A stretch of 64,000 nt of DNA from Fibrobacteria bacterium (GTDB lineage: Bacteria > Fibrobacterota > Fibrobacteria > UBA11236), in NCBI GenBank assembly GCA_043732185.1, contig JAYTHY010000036.1, positions 34,212-98,211 of the forward strand, given 5' to 3'. Shown here in pieces: positions 59,425 to 64,000 of this stretch; position 1 is the first letter of the stretch; each line of letters begins with the position of its first letter. A model generated the notes under the pieces. That model did no database searches and was not told where the DNA came from. It saw nothing but the letters and a program-made list of their open reading frames with translations. The translations under genes and the position numbers were made by a program.

Positions 59425-59435
59425 TATTTTTTGCA

Positions 59436-59464
59436 TGGGCCCGAGTTTTTCGGGCCCAAATTTT
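59436..59464. terminator. Intrinsic terminator hairpin
   Basis: TGGGCCCGA-GTTTT-TCGGGCCCA, between convergent genes. Confidence 0.65.
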
Positions 59465-59539
59465 AGAAACCCTAGATCCTTTATAGACCCGATTTCCTGG
59501 TCTTATACCATTGACTTATAAGCTGGGTGTTTTTGGCAT

Positions 59540-62266
59540 TCACCGAAAGGCCAACGGGACGCGCTTGAAGTCCCCTCCTGAACGCAGGTACTCCTCGAAA
59601 TATTTCCGAGCCTCTTCCGGGGTGCCGTTTTTTCCCGCCAGGGTTCCCAAAAAGTAATACGGTGCCGCTTCCTCTGGACAAATCTTCTTGGCTTGCAGGC
59701 TGAGGCGCTTGGCCTGTTCATCCCGGTCGGCTTTCAAATAGGCTTTGGCGGCTACGATGATGATTTCACAAATACCCGGTCGCTTATCCAATCCCGCCTG
59801 CGCCAAGGCTAGGGCGTTTTCATCTTGGTGTTTAGCGAACAGGATATCGACTCCAACCATAAGACCCAAGGGCTCCAGGGGATCCAGCTTGAGCGCCTTG
59901 TCCGCCCAGCGCGAAGCCTCTCCAATTTTATCCATGCGCATGCAAGTCGTTGCCAAATGTGCGGCTGCCTGGGCGGAGGGCGTGGTTTGGAATGAGCGTT
60001 GCAGATTTTCCATCGCCGCTTCCAGTTTGTCTTCTTTGGCAAAGGCTTGTCCCTGGCCCAGCCATCCTTGTGCCCGCCACGTGGGTTTATCCGAATCCGT
60101 CAGCTCTTGAAAATAGTGATGCGCTTCCCCTGATCGTCCCAGTTTGAGTAGACAGAGTCCTGCTTGAAATTTTACAGCTGGATAATCCTCTCGGTATTGT
60201 AAAGCGGATGTGAATTCTTTGGACGCCTTGGCATAGTCTCGTTTCTTCATGGCACAGCGTCCGGCCAGAAAATGGAGCTCTGGATCATTGTCCTTTTCAA
60301 TTAATAGTGGCGACACTAGTTGCAGCGCTTCGTCTGGTGAATCGAGATCTAGCTTGGCTTCCGCCAAGGCTTTTTTGACTCCAAATTCCGCTCTAAAGGT
60401 CGAAGCTTCCAAGGTTGCTACGGCTTTCTCTGATTGGCCTGCTGCAACCAATGCTTGAGATAACGCCACCAGACTTTGCGCAGAAGGTTGTGCGGCATAA
60501 AGACGTTCAAATTCTTGCACAGCTTCTTTAGATCGCCCTTTAAACATCAGGCATTGGGCAAATAGGGATAAGCCTTCACCCCCGAGTTTGGATCGTATCG
60601 GTTTTAGAATTTTCAATGCGGCGTCATATTCTTCCCGGGCGAATCGGGTCTGGGCCCAGGCCACTGCAAATTCTGCACGCAGCGGAGCCAAAGTTGAGGC
60701 TAGGCGGAAATGATCGAGGGCTACGCCGTCTTGATTCCGTTTCATGGCCATTTTTCCCAACCAATAATGCGCCTCGGCTTCTCGCGGCCGTTTGATCAAA
60801 AGGGAGTCGAGCAGTTTTTCCACTGCGTTCCACGTATCGCGGCTGAGAGAAACTTCGGCCAACAGGAGTAACGCGCGCCGAGCAGCCGCTGACTGCGTAT
60901 CGAAACCGAAAGAGTGCCAAAGGGTTGCTTCCGCTTTTTCTCCCTCGCCGCGCTGCCATTGAATGTGTGCCAATGCTTGGTACCCTTTCGCTTGCCACTC
61001 CGGCGATTCCAGTTTCGTTAAGGAATCGTACGTTTCGGTAGCTGCAGTTGTGTCGTGAAGAGCAAGGTGGACCATTGCGGTAAGGTAAATGGCTTGGGGA
61101 TACTCAGGGCGGATACTTGCCAATCGAGTCAGCTGGGAAAGGGATTGGGTTGTCTGCCCTGTTTCAAAATCATGCCAAGCCAAGTGATAAAGAGCCACGG
61201 GATTAGGATGTTTCCCGGCGGCAGCTGCTTGGATAATTTTCCACAAAAATTCCATATCGTTTTCCGGCGGACCCATGGGTTGATTGACTTTTTTCTCATT
61301 TCTAAGTGCGGGAGCTCGGGGATTTAATTTTGCCGCCCAGGTGCCGGCTAATGTGGATCCCAGCAGTGCTCTGGCCTTAACTAGAAAAGCCTTTTTCTTG
61401 GCATTGGGAATAATTTTTGAATTCATTTCTTCTTCCAGAATCTTAACCAGCATGGATTTAGGCACTTGGTATTTGGACAGGTTTGCCACTGGATTTTTTT
61501 TGGATGGAAATAGAATCATGGCGTGCAGAGATTTTAAAAGTGCTTCCATGGAGTCTGGGGAAACTTTTAAATAGGATTTCATTCCTTCGGGAACGGGAAT
61601 TCCCTTTACTCCCAGGGTGGAATCCAGTGCATGGGCGAGATAAACCAAACTGGCTAATGGACGCCCCTGATTGCAAATTTCAGCCCAAATCAAACTCAGC
61701 CAAAGTTGGCGATACGCGAAGGTGGTGTCCTCGGCATCAAAAAATCGACTAAGGGAAGTCTTATTGTCACGTGCCTCATGGAAATAGTTAGGGAGTTGGC
61801 TTGAGGCTAGGATACCTTCCGACAATCGTGGATAGTAGGGCAACTGATTTTTCTTTTTTTTAGAATCGGATCGCAGTGTCAATCCACCGAGGCCAGGAAT
61901 TCTATCGAGCAGAAAATCGCGTCCGACTGTGTCTTCTGTGCCAAGCGCAATGATGCGCAGCAATGGGGAAGGGGAGTATTCCTTGCGCTGCAAGGCAAGC
62001 GTATACGTTCCGGGAGTTACCTTTGGAAAACGATAGGTCCCTGAGCGACTTGTGGTTTTAGTTCCAATCCGTTTTCCCAAGGAATCAAACAGGACCAATT
62101 TCACCCCGGCCACGGGTTGTCCCCAAACCGTTGTAGCAAAACTGGACCGGTCCATGATTTTCCCGTGTAAACTCTCACAGCTTACATGGGGAACCAAGCC
62201 GATTAGGGCCATACACGCCCCAATCCGCATGAGTACAAATGGCATTGAAGTGTTCACGGAATCCAA
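59540..62266 (-). CDS. Large exported TPR protein with N-terminal carboxypeptidase-regulatory/CnaB-like domain
   Basis: Signal-like N-terminus; PVAGVKLVL...TTSRSGTYRFPKVTPGTYTL; many TPR units (AEAHYWLG, PELHFLAG, AAPYYFLG). Confidence 0.85.
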   Translation of the reverse strand: MDSVNTSMPFVLMRIGACMALIGLVPHVSCESLHGKIMDRSSFATTVWGQPVAGVKLVLFDSLGKRIGTKTTSRSGTYRFPKVTPGTYTLALQRKEYSPSPLLRIIALGTEDTVGRDFLLDRIPGLGGLTLRSDSKKKKNQLPYYPRLSEGILASSQLPNYFHEARDNKTSLSRFFDAEDTTFAYRQLWLSLIWAEICNQGRPLASLVYLAHALDSTLGVKGIPVPEGMKSYLKVSPDSMEALLKSLHAMILFPSKKNPVANLSKYQVPKSMLVKILEEEMNSKIIPNAKKKAFLVKARALLGSTLAGTWAAKLNPRAPALRNEKKVNQPMGPPENDMEFLWKIIQAAAAGKHPNPVALYHLAWHDFETGQTTQSLSQLTRLASIRPEYPQAIYLTAMVHLALHDTTAATETYDSLTKLESPEWQAKGYQALAHIQWQRGEGEKAEATLWHSFGFDTQSAAARRALLLLAEVSLSRDTWNAVEKLLDSLLIKRPREAEAHYWLGKMAMKRNQDGVALDHFRLASTLAPLRAEFAVAWAQTRFAREEYDAALKILKPIRSKLGGEGLSLFAQCLMFKGRSKEAVQEFERLYAAQPSAQSLVALSQALVAAGQSEKAVATLEASTFRAEFGVKKALAEAKLDLDSPDEALQLVSPLLIEKDNDPELHFLAGRCAMKKRDYAKASKEFTSALQYREDYPAVKFQAGLCLLKLGRSGEAHHYFQELTDSDKPTWRAQGWLGQGQAFAKEDKLEAAMENLQRSFQTTPSAQAAAHLATTCMRMDKIGEASRWADKALKLDPLEPLGLMVGVDILFAKHQDENALALAQAGLDKRPGICEIIIVAAKAYLKADRDEQAKRLSLQAKKICPEEAAPYYFLGTLAGKNGTPEEARKYFEEYLRSGGDFKRVPLAFR

Positions 62267-62389
62267 TATGGCTACTTATGGCTAATATTGGGCACTTAAT
62301 TTTTCTCGAAATTCGGGGTGATTGTATCCCTTTGTCCTAGATTGCATGATTTCATTCAATTCCGCACCGGAGAAAGCTATTTTCTCTTT

Positions 62390-62848
62390 ATGCAAATAAG
62401 TCACGTTAAGTATTTCCAACTCTGGATACCCATCATCGCAAAATGGATATATGATGAGTGGGCGTATGCTTTTCCGCTAAGAGATTTGCAGGAAATCCAG
62501 CGCGGACTTTTTGGACGAATTATTGAAACTGAAATGCCGATAACCCTAGTCGCACACGATGAACGCGGTGTTCTTGGCACCGCGTCCCTCAAAGCAACAG
62601 AAATGGACGTCCTGCCGAATTACACTCCATGGCTTTCATCGGTTTATGTCCATCCCGATCACCGCGGGACTGGGGTTTCCAAAGCCTTGGTCAGTGAAAT
62701 CGAAAAAATCGCGCGCGACGCGGGCCATAAAAAGCTGTATGTATTTAACCCCATCACACAAGGGGCATTCGAAAAATTGGGATGGTCGGTGCAGGAGACC
62801 ATTCACCATGGTGGACAGGAAATTGGAATCTTGGTTAAGGAACTTTAA
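62390..62848 (+). CDS. GNAT-family N-acetyltransferase
   Basis: PWLSSVYVHPDHRGTGVSKAL and FEKLGW motifs; start set at ATG 62390. Confidence 0.9.
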   Translation: MQISHVKYFQLWIPIIAKWIYDEWAYAFPLRDLQEIQRGLFGRIIETEMPITLVAHDERGVLGTASLKATEMDVLPNYTPWLSSVYVHPDHRGTGVSKALVSEIEKIARDAGHKKLYVFNPITQGAFEKLGWSVQETIHHGGQEIGILVKEL

Positions 62849-64000
62849 TGTTAAAACGTGATTTTGCAGACGCTTTGTGCCAAGACTTGGAATTGATTCT
62901 AGCCGCATTACCGGCTGATTGGTCGGTAAAAATCCTATCTAATCTGAAAGCTGATGGATCGTCTGGACCAAATCTTTGGGAGGCGGCCAATCTACTCGGG
63001 GCTTGCTTCAACGCACATCAACTTCCCGCAGAGATAAGGTCCGCTTGCGTTAACGCGATCACTCGCATACGTGAATTCCAGGGCGGTCTGGCTCGCGAAT
63101 CCTTACAGCCAACCACAGTGGTATTCGGCACGTCCGGTTGGCGTGAGGCGATTGGGGAAGGCTTTACCATCGAGAATGTGCACAAGGTTGTGCGAGGAAT
63201 CATCACAATGATGAAGTCCAGGGAGTTTCTGAAGACGAATGAATATGCTGGTTTCGAAAAGGTGAAATCGGCGGGAATCCTGGTCCTGAGGGACAATCGC
63301 TTCATGGGAGACGAATTTCTGGCAGCCGCCATGCATGAGCTCGCCGCGGAAGGCATTCGAATCTACGATGCCTGCGAGTGCCCAACAGGTGTAGGTTCGG
63401 CCATTCTGACCGAGCTAAAGGCGGCCGGGTCCATTAATTTCACGCCTTCCCATAACCCTATGGAATACGCCGGCATCAAGTTCAATCCCGCAGATGGTGG
63501 GCCAGCGGATATCAATCTCACTTCGCTAATTGAAAATGCGGCTAATGCATTGATGCGCTCCTCAGAACCATTTGTACGGGCTGTGACGGATTACAGTCCG
63601 CTGCGAACAAAAATAGACGCCGTGACCCGGTTCACGGAATTTGTGGAAAAAAAGAGCAAAGTTTTCAATTTGCCTCGCCTCCGTGCCTGGTTGCAAGAAA
63701 ACAAAGGTCGGCTTTGCATTGCCATCGATAATATGCATGGCTCTTCCCGAGGCTATATTCAAAATCTACTGGGTGCTGAAACCCTTTCGGCATTGCAGGA
63801 TGCGGACGCCATCCATTTTTACAATACTGAAGACGATTATTCTTTCCATGGGGTAAAACCGGAACCCAATGCCAAGAATCAAGCTTTGCTTATGGTTAAG
63901 CTCAAGCAAGCCGGTCGCGCCCTAAATCTCGCGGTAGCCCTTGACCCAGATGCCGATCGGATTCGCTTTGCGGACGATCGGCTCGATATGGATATGAATC
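62848..64000 (+). CDS. Phosphoglucomutase/phosphomannomutase family protein (runs off window end)
   Basis: Not in the ORF track. ATG 62848 overlaps the GNAT stop (TAATG). Motifs FGTSGWR, TPSHNP..YAGIKF and ALDPDADR. Confidence 0.92.
   Translation, partial: MLKRDFADALCQDLELILAALPADWSVKILSNLKADGSSGPNLWEAANLLGACFNAHQLPAEIRSACVNAITRIREFQGGLARESLQPTTVVFGTSGWREAIGEGFTIENVHKVVRGIITMMKSREFLKTNEYAGFEKVKSAGILVLRDNRFMGDEFLAAAMHELAAEGIRIYDACECPTGVGSAILTELKAAGSINFTPSHNPMEYAGIKFNPADGGPADINLTSLIENAANALMRSSEPFVRAVTDYSPLRTKIDAVTRFTEFVEKKSKVFNLPRLRAWLQENKGRLCIAIDNMHGSSRGYIQNLLGAETLSALQDADAIHFYNTEDDYSFHGVKPEPNAKNQALLMVKLKQAGRALNLAVALDPDADRIRFADDRLDMDMN

Noticed and set aside
1..64000. CRISPR array, rRNA, IS or prophage
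   Set aside because: I saw no spaced direct repeats, rRNA-like stretch, transposase, integrase or phage structural genes. Nearly all of the window is accounted for by CDSs.

Overview
This is a gene-dense, mostly housekeeping 64 kb bacterial chromosome segment. It is probably from an FCB-group organism, possibly Fibrobacterota. That is an inference from the Bacteroidota-like short sigma70, PorV-like barrels, FlgD-Ig sorting tail, bS22-type peptide and FliK-like gene. Core genes include a partial dnaE, argC-B-D-(cNMP protein)-argG-ispD-ispF, truA-degP, gatA-nlpC-pheA-rph and recD2. Also present are a murC-like ligase, lolA-yajQ-secreted cargo-two PorV-like barrels, ubiA-family, ABC-F-rsgA, gmhB and tRNA-Leu(UAA). 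Further on are rpsF-rpsR-rplI-dapB, leuA, rapA, an ECF/anti-sigma pair, a CPA2 antiporter, a short sigma70, a large TPR protein and a partial phosphohexomutase. I saw no CRISPR array, rRNA, transposase or prophage. The best signals missing from the ORF track are (1) a complete leucine attenuator before leuA whose leader peptide appears leaderless, (2) a recurring -10 box 6-9 nt before SD-less start codons, and (3) a 31-aa bS22-type ribosomal protein gene. Candidate novel systems are an XPB-associated/WYL-like protein coupled to dnaE, a cargo plus twin-PorV secretion cassette, a degenerate ECF sigma with a soluble ZAS anti-sigma, and a stand-alone cNMP protein inside the arg operon. All calls come from motifs read by eye, with no database searches.
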